Source: Somniosus microcephalus (lineage: Eukaryota). From it: 64,000 nt of DNA. The stretch is taken from assembly GCA_052327205.1 (NCBI GenBank), contig JBMRGM010000076.1, positions 186,001 to 250,000 of the forward strand, in the 5' to 3' direction. Positions within the stretch are counted from its first letter, which is position 1, and each line of letters starts with the position of its first letter. The translations under genes were made by a program, and so were the position numbers. The notes under the pieces were generated by a model. That model was not told the origin of the DNA. It ran no database searches and was given only the letters and a program-made list of their open reading frames with translations. Positions 25,774 through 38,189 of this stretch are shown piece after piece.

Positions 25774-27708
25774 GGCCTGCTGAGTGTTTCCATCATTTTC
25801 TGTTTTTATTTCAGCTTTCCAGAATCTGCAGAACTATGCATTTGTATTAAAAGGATGAAGTTAAGCGAATATAATAAAAGATGGAATAGTGTTCTTTTTG
25901 CGATATTGCCAATGAGAAAGTTCCCTCTCCTTTCTAAACCCCCCTTGGGGCTGGAGTAGAATAATCCCCTTTGCCTTACAATGCCTGTTACATTTCACGT
26001 GAGATTTCTGCCTGATCCCTGTGTCCGTCTATCTATATAGTGTCTGTCCAGTACATTTCTGGTGAAATTTCATCCTCACCCTCTGGGTATTAATCTGATG
26101 GGCGGATTGCACGCCCTGTCCAGAACCCAGCTGATTTTAATTCTACTGAAATCAGGTAAGAAATGAAATATTTAGTCAGACACACCAGATTGCTATAGAA
26201 TTTCACCACTCAACAAAAACAGACCCATTTCCCATCAATACTCGACTCAACGACCGTTGCTGCAGCTCTTGGTAATTAAAGGATTTTCAGATGCCAAGGG
26301 CCTAAGCTCTGGAATTCCCTTCCTAAAGCACTTTTTTATTATTCGTTTATGGGATGTAGGCATTGCTGGCAAGGCCAGCGTCTATTGCCCATCCCTAACT
26401 GCCCTTCAGAAGGTGGTGGTGAGCCGAATACTTGAACCGCTACATTCCGTGTGGTGAAGGTACTCCTAGAGTGCTGTTAGGTAGGGAGTTCCAGGATTAT
26501 GACACAGTAACAATGAAGGATCGGCAATATACTTCTAATTCAGAATGGTGTGTGACTCTGAGGGGATCTTGGAGGTGGTGGTGCTCCCATGCGCCTGCTC
26601 CCCTTCTCCTTCTAGGTGGAAGAGGTCACGGGTTTGGGAGGTGCTGCCGAAGAAGACTTGATGAGTTGCTGCAGTGCATCTTGTAGATGGTATATACAGC
26701 AGCCGCGGTTTGCTGGTGGTGCAGGGAGTGAATGTTTAAGGTGGTGGACAGGGTGCCAATCAAACGGGCTGCTTTGTCCTGGATGGTGTCGAGTTTCTTC
26801 CGCGATTTTGGTGCTGCATACGTCCAGACAAGTGGAGAGTATTCCATCACACGCTTTAATTGAGCCTTCTGATGGTGGAAAGACATTCGGGAGTCAGGAG
26901 GTGAGACACTCGCCGCAGAATACCTAGCCTCTGACCAGCTCTTGTTGCCACAATATTGATGTGGCTGGTCCAGTTAAGTTTCTGGTCAATGGTGACCCCT
27001 AGGATGCTGATGATGGGGGATTCGGCAATTGTAATGCCATTGAAAGACAAGGGGCTATGGTTAGACTCTCGCTTGGTTGAGATAGTCATTGCCCGGCACT
27101 TGTGTAGCTGAATGTTACCTGCCACTTATCAGCCCAAGCCTGAACGTCTTCCAGGTCTTGTTGCATGCAGGCATGGACTGCTTCATTATCTGAGGAGTTG
27201 TGAATGGCACTGAACACTGCAGTCATCAGTGAACATCTCCATTTCGGACAATGGCCCAGAAATTCGGGTCAGGGGCTTGCCGCGCATGCAAGCCCCCGAT
27301 ATGCACTTACCCGATGCGCCAGCCGTTGAGCTTCAGGGATGCCTGGAGTTGCTGTTTTAAAATGTTGACTCCCGGGCAGCGTCTGACATCACGCCGCCCA
27401 GGAGTGCAGCCAGTGCAAAGCCTGTAGCACACTGTGCAAGTGAGACATGCCCCTTAAGGTCTCATTGTAACAGGACACGCCCCCAATCTTTCCAAGCAGC
27501 TGCAGAGGACTTTGTACTTACACAGCTGCAGGGAAAGTAAGTTATCTGCTATTTTATGAATGTTTTGTGAACTTTTATAACATTTTAAAAACGTTGAAAT
27601 GATTTTGATGTCTCTTAGATAGTTTTAAAGAGAATTGAAGCTATTTAAGCATTTTTTAAAACCTTGAAAACATTCTATTAATTCTTTTCAGTTAATTAGC
27701 AAAGTGAA

Positions 27709-29417
27709 ATGGCTGGAATGAGCACATTTCACGTGATTAAAAGAACTCAGAACTTCACTGATGATGACCTCAGCAATCTCCTCAATGAGGTGGAGGCGAG
27801 GCGCCTGTGCATCATGGGGAATGAGCAGTCGAGAGCTCTGCGAAAAGGTCAGATGGCAGCATGGTCGGAAGTTGCACAAGCTGTTAGCACGACCTCCACC
27901 ATTCCACGTACAGCGGAACAATGTCGCAAGAAATTCAGTGACTTGCTGCGATCTGTCAGGGTTTGTACAGTTATTACTAAAGTGTACTGTAACATTGCTT
28001 AGAATTTAAGTTAGCCAGATTTCAAAAGGCTTTCTCAATGCATTTACTGCAGTCAATTTACTTCTTGGTAAAGTCACCTGAGGTAGCAATAAAACTTTAT
28101 GGCTTTGGGGCCAGCTCAGGGATACCTACTGTTCTCTTATCTTGATTCCATTGCTTGGAGCTGTAAAACTTCAATCAAAGATGTAAAGAAACACCCCACC
28201 CAGTCTTCAAAGCCTTCGCTGCCCATGTCAGAAATGCAGCTATGTGATTCTCTTATTTCTGGTGTAATTTCAGAGTAAAAGTGCTCACAACTCCAGGGAA
28301 CGCACACTCACAGGCGGTGGTGTTGCCATGCTGAGGGTTTTGACCGAACATGAGGAACGGGTCCAGCAGATGTACGAATTTGCTAGCAATCGCCCCGCGG
28401 ATGATTCTGAAACAGACATTGCTGACCCTCAATGTGAGTTGGCCTGGCCAGCTATATGTTAAAGAAGGTTAGGTGTGTGCTGAATATCTGTGATGTGGCA
28501 CATCGTGCTTTACCTTAGCAAATGTTTTCTGCTTCCTTCCCACAGCTGGACAGAGTACCTCTCACACACGGGATGAGCAGTGTGTGGAGTCAGCAGCCAC
28601 AGAGGACATTGGGGAAGGTTTTTCTGATGCAATGGCAGCAGTTACTGAGGTGGCTGAGGTGGCTGAGGAACAGGAGCAACCTGTCCTATGTCAGCAAGTG
28701 CAGCAGGAGTGTATAGACCCTGTGTCGCTGGCCACTATCTCACCATCTCCTGGCCCTTGTGGCTCTGTGCTAGTCACTGATGACTGTAGCTCCACAGGCA
28801 GACACCATATTGACACTTCAGTGCAGGCGGGAGGAGCAGAGGTACAGCAGCACCTACAAGATGAGCAGCAAGATATTGCAGGATTCAGGCAATTGCTGAG
28901 CTCGCTCACTGAGAAGGAAGTAGATGCTAGAGACTCTATCAGGCAGGGAATGGAGAATATTGGCATTACACTAAATCAGATATCATCGCAGTTTGTGGTG
29001 CTTAATGATAATTATCTTAATCAGATATCGTCGCAGTTGGTGATGCTTAATGCTAATTCTCTTAATCAGATATCATCGCAGTTGGTGATGCTTAATGATA
29101 ACTCTCTTAATCAGATATCATCGCAGTTGGTGAAGCTTAATGAAACTATGATTGCACTACTTAATTCGCTTGTATCTATCACTACTGGCATAACGCTGAC
29201 TCCAGCACAAATGCCCTCCCCAGGTCACAGTGCAGTGCCACTTTGGTCCCAGGAGCCAGCAGCTGCGCCAGTCATGATGCAGGGCAGCGTAGAATTGCCT
29301 CAGCAACAACCCTTTCCTCAAGCCGCTGCTGAAGAGCAGGAACAATCTGACAGGGCCCTTGCAAATAGATCTGGAGGGCTCCAGTCACGGGTAGTGAAAA
29401 GGCGCAGGAAACGTTAG
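27709..29417 (+). CDS. Harbinger Myb/SANT-like DNA-binding protein (NAIF1/MSANTD-like); 3 exons 27709-27960, 28274-28433, 28546-29417; 427 aa
   Basis: R..NFT..D...LL.EV...W.EVA..V......RT.EQCRKKFSDL, then across a GT-AG intron KSAHNSRERTLTGGG. Phases 0 and 1 join in frame to ORF 28584-29417, which ends in NLS-like KRRRKR. Confidence 0.88.
28971..29150 (+). repeat. 45-bp coding tandem repeat x4 (LNQISSQLVMLNDNS)
   Basis: Four in-frame copies of CTTAATCAGATATCATCGCAGTTGGTGATGCTTAATGATAACTCT. Confidence 0.95.
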
Positions 29418-30164
29418 AGTGTCACCGTCAGCTCACTCCGCCACCTTCAACCCTCAGTCACACAGGCCAGTTGGCAAATCGTTAAATAGTTATATTTTTC
29501 ACTTTATTTAAATGTTAAATATTTTCTTACATATTTAAATTCAAGTGTTTATTTATGAAGGAAAGGATAGGTAACCTTATCGTTTCAGCAGTACACCCAA
29601 TAATCAATGTTGAAAGAATTTAAAATTTTATTTAACTTCAAAAACTTTTACAACAAATGTTACAAAATTGTAAAATAGCTAGTTTGCACTTTGAATGTCT
29701 GTATTGCAGTAAGAAAGTAAAAATTACTGTAAAATGTTTACACTATCTTTTCTAACAGTCACCATTTTGCACATGTTTCAAAACGTTAAGAGGTAGTTAG
29801 CATCTTAATTTTTTTAATTTCACTAAGAATCAAACACAAATTAGTTAAACCTGTTTACAAAGTGATTTCAAAACTGTTAACGTTAACATTTTAAAATTGC
29901 ATAAAGTAGGTCATTAACATCCTTGAACGATGAAAGAAAGACAAGTGAAGAGGAACCCTTTCCAATAACACTTCCTCACTGTTCCTGTCCATAAAATTTT
30001 TTAAAGTTCGTAACTGTTACTTAAAATTTACAAGTTATTCACTTTAAACATTGAAACTGGATCTGAAAAGTGTTTGATTATGCAATAAACGGTCACTGTT
30101 TCGCTTCAATATGTGTCTGTTTCTGTCTTTGCCTTGCGGGGGGAGGGTTAGGTAGAGGGCGTAA

Positions 30165-31315
30165 CTACCGCGTGAAGGTGTTGGCTACCAGCAATTCGCA
30201 AGCAGCCTTATATTCGGCGGCACTTGGCTCCTCCCCATGAGCCCTGGCAACATGCACAATGCCATAGTCTTCATCCTCCACTTCAACAGGCAGCTGTTCC
30301 TCATTGTTAAGGGTCGGTCCTTCCTGCAGGGCAAGGTTGTGCAAAGCACAACAGGCCAGCACAATCCTTGCCACTTTCTGGTGAGAGTACTGCAAGGTCC
30401 CCCCTGACCTATCCAGGCACCGGAAGCGTGATTTCAGAACTCCTATTGTCCTCTCCACCACTTGACGTGTAGACACGTGTGCATGGTTGTATCTGTCCTG
30501 AGACTCATTAATGGTATTGCGGTAGGGGGTCATCAGCCATGGTTTTAGCGGGTAGACTTGTCGCCCAATATCCATGCGGATCCTGCAGGCAATTTGCTGA
30601 GAGAATCATACAATTTAGAGTTACGGAGGATGAAGGAGTCATGATTACTTCCCCGGTGTCCTGAATTAACGTTTAGGATCCTCAGGTGTGCATCACATAA
30701 TATCATTACATTCAATGAATGATACCCCTTCCAGTTAATGAATGTCACAGGTGCATCCTTGGGTGCCTTCAATGCAATATGTGTTCCATCGACGGCCCCA
30801 ATCACTTTGGGGAATCTAGCAATGCGATGAAATGCAAAGGCCATCTCCTTCTGATGACGAGCGGACAAGTCATACATAATGAAATCAGAAATCCTACGGC
30901 AAATGGCTGCTGTGACCTGGTGAATGCAGACCCTCGCAGCATTCTTAGAGATGTTGGTTATGTCACCGGTGCCTGCTTGAAATGATCCACTTGCAAAGAA
31001 GTTCAATGCTGTCGTTACCTTCATGTTCACTGACAAGGCAGTGCGGGTCTTCGAGCGTGGCTCCAAGTCTGCCTTCAACATGTCACATAGTCGTCCAATT
31101 GCCTCTTTACTGAAGCACAGCCGCCTGATACGCAACTCCTCGGACAGCATTTCAAATGATCGCCTCTCCCTGTAAACTCTGTGGGGTGGGTAGTTGTTCC
31201 TTCTGATCAGGAGACGTTCGTGGTTCCTCAATCTTCTACGTTGCTCCCTGGCATTCCTATTTCTTTGAAGCAAATACACAAATAGCATCACGGCAAAATT
31301 TCTACAACAGGGCAT
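30165..31315 (-). pseudogene. Harbinger transposase with a single 1-nt frameshift at about 30556
   Basis: ORF 30545-31315 ends WILGDK and ORF 30165-30575 continues YPLKPWLMTP; only 2 nt (TC) separate the K and Y codons. VDGTH, HDSF, GDK and VERTIG are all present. Confidence 0.9.
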
Positions 31316-33759
31316 GTTCCTCGCTCACAGGACTACTCCTCACACAGACGTGCCTGTACAGAGTAAATGGAAATAGTTGTTACACTTATTTTAATAAACT
31401 GAGTGCCTATAACATCAACTCGGCCTATGACAGGAAGCATGCTTTAACGGCTTGCAAACACATCCTTCCCGCCTGATGAATATCACAGGCCTACATCTTT
31501 TTCTAAATTGCAGAAATTCATTATAACATAAATACATTCATCCACGTACTGAAAGGAATACATACATAAATGCACATCCTAAATGGAAAATATACAGACA
31601 TACATACAATCATACATACATACTTACTAAATATTACTGATGACAATTTCATTTTGTAAGCATTTTATTATTTTTAAAACATTAAATTTCACATTTTATG
31701 AAAATAAATTCAATGAGGCCTTGGCCACAGCCACAGTTGCTCCTTCTAACTGCAGTACTGAAAACCCGTTTTAAACAAAAAAAATTTTTAAACTTACCTC
31801 AGCCTTTCTTAAAATAACTTTCCTCCCTTTCCCAAACAGAAATTGAAGACTTTCAGAAGCTCCACGATGACAGACTTCTTCCTCCGCAGCTTCTCGATAG
31901 CTTTACTCCTGCTTTTTTCATGTGTAAGTTGTCAGGACTTACCCTCACTGAATCCATGAATGAAATCGACGAAGTGCACTGCGCACGCGCTGCCTGTGCA
32001 GTCGCACGCGCTGTGCCTCTGAACCCCTTCGTTCAGAGGACTGGAAATGCCGGTTTTCCCCGCATGCACTGTGCATGCTGAACACGGGCATTTCCTCCGG
32101 CCAGACGCGTGAGTACCCCGACCGTACTCACGCGTTCAGAGAGGAATTACTGGGCCCTTATGTTGGAGGGAAGGTCATTGATGAAACAGTTGAAGATGGT
32201 TGTGCCCAGGACACTGTCCCGAGGAACTCATCCAGCGAAGTCCTGGGGCTGTGATGATTGACCTTCAACCACCACATCCACCTTCCTTTGTGCTAGGTAT
32301 GATTCCAACCAATGGAAAGATGTCCCCCGATTCCCATTGACTTCAGTTTTACTAGGGCCCCTTGATGTCACACTCGGTCAAATGCTGCCTTGATGTCAAG
32401 GGCAGTCACTCTCACCTCACCTCTGGAATTCAGCTGCTTTGTCCATGTTTGGACCAATGCTGTGATGAGGTCTGTAGCCGAGTGGTCTTGGCGGAACACA
32501 AAGTGGGCATCAGCGGGCAGGTATTTGGTGAGTAAGTGCCGCATGTTTACACTGTTGATGTCACCTTCCATCACATTGCTGATGATTACGAGCAGACTGA
32601 TGGTGCAATAGTTTGCTGGATTGGATTTGCCCTGCTTTTAATGGACAGGATATACCTGGGCAATTTTCCACATTGTCAGATAGATGCCAGTGTTTTAGCT
32701 GTACTGGAACAGCTTGGCTACAGATGCGGAAAGATCTGCAACACAAGTCTTCAGCATGAGAGCTGGGAGGTGGTCGGCGCCCATAGCTTTTGTTGTATCC
32801 AGTGAGCTCAGCCATTTCTTGATATCACGTGGAGTGAATTGAATTGGTTGAAGACTGTCGTCTGTGATGGTGGGGAGCTCAGGAGGAGGACGATATGAAT
32901 CATCCACTCAGCACTTCTGGCTGAAGATTGTTGCAAACACTTCAGCTTTGTCATTTGCACTCACGTGCTGGGCTCCACCATCATTGAGGATGGGGATATT
33001 CATGGAATCTCCACCTCCCTTTAGTTGTTTAATGGTACACCACTGGATGTGGCAGGACTGCCGAGCTTTGATCTGATCCGTTGATTTTGGGATCGCTTAG
33101 CCCTTTCTGTAGCTTGCTGTTACACTTTTTAGCATGCATGTAGTCCTGTGTTGCAGCTTCCCCAGGTTGGCACCCTTTTTTCGGTACGGCTGGTGCTGCT
33201 CCTGGCATGCTCTTCGACACTCCTCATTGAACCAAGCTTGGTCCCCTGGCTTGGTGGTAATGTTAACATGAGGAATATGCCAGGCCATGATGTTACTGAT
33301 TTTGGTGGAATACAATCGTGCTGCTGCTGAAGGTCCACAGCGTCTCATGGATGCCCAGTTTTGAGCTGCTAGGTCTGTTCTGAATCTATTCCTTTTAGCA
33401 TGGTGGGAGTGTCATACAAAACGATGGAGGGTGTCCTTAGTGTGAATACGGGACTTCATGTCCACAATGACTGTGGTTGTCAATGTTACCAATACTGTCA
33501 TGGACAGATGCATCTGCAACAGAGAGATTGCTGAGGACGGGGTCAGGTGGGTTTTGCCCTCGTATTGGCCCTCTCACTACCTGTCACAGGCGCTTACTGG
33601 CAACGATATCCTTCAGGAGTCGGGAAGCTCGGTCAGTAGTGGTGCTACCGAGCCACTCATGGTGATGGACATTGAAGTCGCCCACCCAGAGTATGTTCTG
33701 TGCGCTTGTTACTCTCAGTGCTTCTTCCATGTGGTGTTCAACATGGAGAGGTACTGATG

Positions 33760-34428
33760 CGTAATAACCCAGAACTTGTGATCTGTCAAGTTTCTTCTTG
33801 ACAGATCATAACCAGCCACTACAAATTCACATTCGGTGGTGCAGATTTGGGCGATTTGCACAACTACTGCAGAGTGAATACCCACCAAATCCTTACACCT
33901 GGCAAAAGTAGGCATAAGTCCTTCTTTTACCAGCATGAGCATTTAAATAAATGTTAAAACAATTTTTTAATGATTTAAACTTTCACTTACTTTTAAAATT
34001 AGTTCAGGTTATTTTTGTCCCGTTTGAAAATGTTTGAATTTATTTTTTAAAAATTAAATCTATTTTAAAATGGTTAATTATAGGGTATTTTAATTAACTT
34101 GGAACTTCTGATTTTTTTTTAATTTCAGTGTTGTGAAATTGTATTTATTAATTGATTGCTATTCTGCTTATGGGGATTCCGTCCTTAAATGGATCCAATT
34201 AAGGACAATCAGAATCCAAACTTTGTCACTGGTTGGCCTGGCTAATTGATCCGAGGGACGTTTGCGAACCACCTGCTCCCCTGGGATCCATGGACCTTTA
34301 CGCAGGTGCAGCCCTGCCGACTCAGGACCGCAAGAGTCAGAAGCTCCGGACCCGTCAGGTAAGTACGGAGTTTTCTTGCGGTTTGCAGGTGTAGGCGGCA
34401 GCAAGCCTCCGACCGCAATTTCCAGGCC
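33760..34428 (-). mobile_element. Non-autonomous Harbinger-like element, right end
   Basis: End reads GGCCTGGAAATTGCGGTCGGAGGCTTGC on the minus strand, like 27253 and 11907. AT-rich core; 12-bp hairpin at 33779-33808. Confidence 0.6.
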
Positions 34429-34895
34429 AATATTTCCTTATGTGGCTCGGTGTTAATTTTTGCTTGTTATCGCTCCTGTGAAGCGCCATGGGACATTTTA
34501 CTATGTTATAGGCCCTGTATAATTGTTGCTTTATTAAATTTATTGTTCAAGGTCAATAGTCTAATTCTGTTTGCCTAAACTGAAGATGAAACACGATCGC
34601 AATACATTCGTGACCTGAGGTGGTGGATTCAGACTGTATTAAATGACAAGACCCACAGTTAGATTTCAGATAGATAGGCCCAGATAATCAGCGGGCCACA
34701 TTAGACACAGAAGAATAACTAAATCTAATGATGCGATTCTACAGGACCTGTTCCCAGAATAGATACTTATACAAGTATTTTTCATAACCCTTTAATAAAT
34801 GAGCGGACACCAGAGGACTCCCTGTTGGGAACCACATTCACAGTCATACACCTCTCAGTCATTTCAAAACAACAGGAAATATAGACATTTCAGTA

Positions 34896-35115
34896 ATAAC
34901 AACAGAAAATGCTGGAAAAACTCAGCAGGTCAGGCAATATCCGTGGAGAGAGAAATAGAGTCAATGTTTCAGGTCGAAACACTTCGTCAGGACGAAGGAT
35001 TTCCCCCTGAAACGTTGACTCTATTTCTCTCTCCACGGATGTTGCCTGGCCTGCTGAGTTTTTGCAGCATTTTCTGTTGTTATTCCGGATTTCCAGCATC
35101 CGCAGTATTTTGCTT
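34896..35115. mobile_element. Fold-back element built from two inverted Penelope terminal repeats, with 14-bp TSD
   Basis: About 95-bp inverted arms around CTTCGTC-AG-GACGAAG. TAGACATTTCAGTA at 34882-34895 and 35116-35129. Confidence 0.85.
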
Positions 35116-35276
35116 TAGACATTTCAGTACTCGCCTATTGTATGGAGAAATAGATGTAATGAACCAGCATTATATGTTGTGGGTATATATTAACTAAGAA
35201 AAAAAATAATGAAATTATTTAGCCAGAATTAAACAATTCGAATCGACCATATGTTTTCCCAAAACAATATCTGAGT

Positions 35277-37965
35277 AGAACATAAGAAGTAGGAGCAGGA
35301 GTAGGACATACGGCCCCTCGGGCCTGCTCCGCCATTCAATAGGATCATGGCTGATCTGAGCCTAGACTCACGTCCACTTCCCTGCCTGCTCCCTGTAACC
35401 CCTAATTCCCTTATCAGCTAGGAAACTGTCTATCTCCGTTTTAAATTTATTTAATGTCGCAGCTTCCACAGCTCTCTGAGGCAGAAAATTCCATAGATTT
35501 ACTACCCTCTGAGTGACGAAGTTTCTCATCATCTCAGTTTTGAAACGGCAGCCCCTTATTCTAAGATTATGCCCCCTAGTTCTAGTCTCACCCATCAGTG
35601 GAAACATCCTCCCCGCATCCACCCAATCAAGCCCCCTCATAATCTTGTATGTTTCGATAAGATCGCCTCTCATTCTTCTGAATTCCAATGAGTAGAGGCC
35701 CAACCTACTCAACCTTTCCTCATAAGTCAACCCCCTCATCTCCGGAATCAGCCGAGTAAACCTTCTCTGAACTGCCTCGAGAGCAAGTATATCTTTTCTT
35801 AAATATGGAAACCAAAACTGTACGCAATATTCCAGGTGTGGCCTCACCAGTACCCTGTATAACTGAAGCAACACATCCCTGCTTTTATACTCCTTCCCCC
35901 TTGCAATAAAAGCCAAGAATCCATTGGCCTTCCTGAGCACCTGCTGTACCTGCATACTAACCTTCTATGTTTCATGCACCAGGACCCCCAGATCCCTTTG
36001 TACTGTAGCACTTTGCAGTTTCTCTCCATTTAGATAATAAATTGCTCTTTGATTTTTTCTGCCAAAGTGCAAAACCTCACACTTTGCAACATTATATTCC
36101 ATCTGCCAAATTTGTGCCCACTCACTTAGCCTGTCTATGTCCTTTTGCGGGCTTTTTATGTCCTCCTCACTCACTGCTTTCCCTCCCATCTTTGTATCGT
36201 CGGCAAACTTGGATATGTTGCACCTGGTCCCCTCCTCCAAATCGTTAGTATAGATTGTAAAGAGTTGGTGTCCCAGCACTGACCCCTGCGGAACACCACT
36301 TGTCACTGATTGCCAACCCGAGAATGAACCATTAATCCCAACTCCCTGTTTTCTGTTAGATAGCCAATCATCCACCCATGCCAGTATATTACCCCCAATC
36401 CCGTGATTTTTTATCTTGTGCAGTAATCTTTTGTGTGGCACCTTGTCAAATGCCTTTTGGAAGTTCAAATACACCACATCCACTGGTTCCCCTTTACCCA
36501 TCCTGTTTGTTACGTCCTCAAAGAATTTGAGCAAATTTGTCAAACATAACTTCCCCTTCATAAAACCATGCTGACTCTGTCCGATTAAATTAAGCTTATC
36601 CAAATGCCCTGTTATTGCTTCCTTAATAATGGACTCCAACATTTTACCAACCACAGATGTTAGGCTAATGGGTCTATAGATTCCAGCCTTTTATCTGCCT
36701 CCCTTTTTAAACAGGGGCGTTACATTAGCAGTTTTCCAATTTGCTGGGACCTTTCCTGAATCCAGGGAGTTTTGGAAAATTACCACCAATGCATCCGCAA
36801 TCCCTATCGTTACTTCTCTCAGGACCCTAGGATGCAAGATCAGGTCCTGGGACTAATCTGCCTTAAGTCCCATTATCTTACCGAGTACCATCTCCTTCGT
36901 GATTTTAATCATGTTTAGCTCCTACCACTTTTAGCCCCCTGTTTGTGCAGTGTTGGGATATTTTTAGTGTCCTCTACTGTAAAGACTGATACAAAATATT
37001 TGTTCAGCATTTCTGCCATCTCCATGTTCCCCACCACTAATTTCCCAGTCTCATCCTCTAAGGGACCAACATTCACTTTAGCCACTCTTTTACTTTTTAT
37101 ATACCTGTAGAAATTCTTGCTATCTGCTTTTATATTTTTTGCTAGTTTTCTTCCATAATCTATCTTTCCTTTCTTAATTAATCTTTTAGCTATTCTTTGC
37201 TGGCGTTTAAATGCTTCCCAATCTTCTATCCTCCCACTAGATTTGGCTACTTTATATGCCCTTGTTTTCAGTCGGATACTATCCTTTATTACTTTACTAA
37301 GCCACGGATGGCTGTCATTTTTTTTAACACCCCATTTTCCTCAGTGGAATATATTTTTCCTGAAAGTTGTGAAATATCTCCTTGAATATACATCACTGCT
37401 CATGTACCGTCTTACACCTTAGTCTATTTTCCCAGTCCAACTTAGTCAACTCTGCTCTCATACCTTCTTAGTCTCCTTTATTTAAGCTTAGTATGCTGGT
37501 TTGAGATCCAACTCTCTCACCCTCCAACTGAATTTGGAATTCAACCATGTTATGGTCACTCATTCCAAGGGGATCCTTTACTAGGACATTTCTTATTAAT
37601 CCTGGCTCATTACACAGGACCAGATCTAAGATTGCCTGCCCCTGGTTGGTTCAGTAAAATACTGCTCAAGGAACCCGTCCCTAATGCACTCTATGAACTC
37701 TTCCTCAAGGCTGCCCTGCCCAATTTGATTTGTCCAGTCAATATGAAAGTTAAAATCTCCCATGATTATAGCTGTTCCCTTATTACAAGCCCCAACTATT
37801 TCCTGATTTATACTCCGACCAACAGAGTTGCAACTGTTAGGAGGCCTATAGACTATGCCCACTAGTGACTTTTTCCACTTATGATTTCTTATCACCACCC
37901 AAACCGTTTCATTATCCTGATCCTTTGACCCAACATCATTTCTCACTATTGCAGTGATTCCATCG
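35277..37965 (-). mobile_element. CR1 LINE, 5'-truncated (endonuclease to 3' end)
   Basis: VYRPPN...MGDFN (endonuclease); QHGFMKG, QGSVLG and KFADD (RT); CR1 C-terminus and tail. Confidence 0.93.
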
Positions 37966-38189
37966 GCCCATCGGTGATACTCACATAAGAGTATTTAGAT
38001 AAACATGAAGCTATTTAAACATATTGGTTTAACTATTGGTGCCTGAACTTCCCAGAGCTGCAGTTCCACCGTTCGAGGGTAGAACAGAGAATATGTGAGA
38101 AACAGTGAGCGGTGGGAGTGAGTGGGACTGGAGATTGACAGAGAGGCGAATGAAAGCTTTGATCTAGAGCAGGTAGTGACATTGTACTT

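Larger units (their letters stand above)
19672..25845 (+). mobile_element. Penelope-like element with inverted 5' terminal repeat and 12-bp TSD, carrying nested LINEs
   Basis: ATTAAAAGGATG at 19660-19671 and 25846-25857. Inverted repeat at 19672-19755; RT remnant FTMDIQSLYTS...NFSFDS...QIKGVSM; GIY-YIG at about 21750-22010; 3' repeat split between 22265-22331 and 25772-25845. Confidence 0.85.
27252..32157. mobile_element. Full-length two-gene PIF/Harbinger transposon, about 4.9 kb
   Basis: TIRs TGGCCCAGAAATTC (27252-27265) and GAATTACTGGGCCC (32144-32157), 12/14 match. TTA on the right flank (left flank diverged). Convergent Myb/SANT and nuclease genes. Confidence 0.92.
26335..33757 (-). mobile_element. 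CR1/L2-group LINE (ALDIKAAFDRVW family) split by the Harbinger insertion
   Basis: RT motifs FRQDHSA.DLITALVQTWTK.L...ALDIKAAFDRV. Sequence at 27250 resumes at 32158, colinear with the paralog at 24940-25000. Confidence 0.85.

Noticed and set aside
6095-31315. Naming the nucleases HARBI1 and the Myb gene NAIF1 or MSANTD4
   Set aside because: They sit inside transposon structures with TIRs, so they are element-encoded homologs rather than the domesticated host genes.
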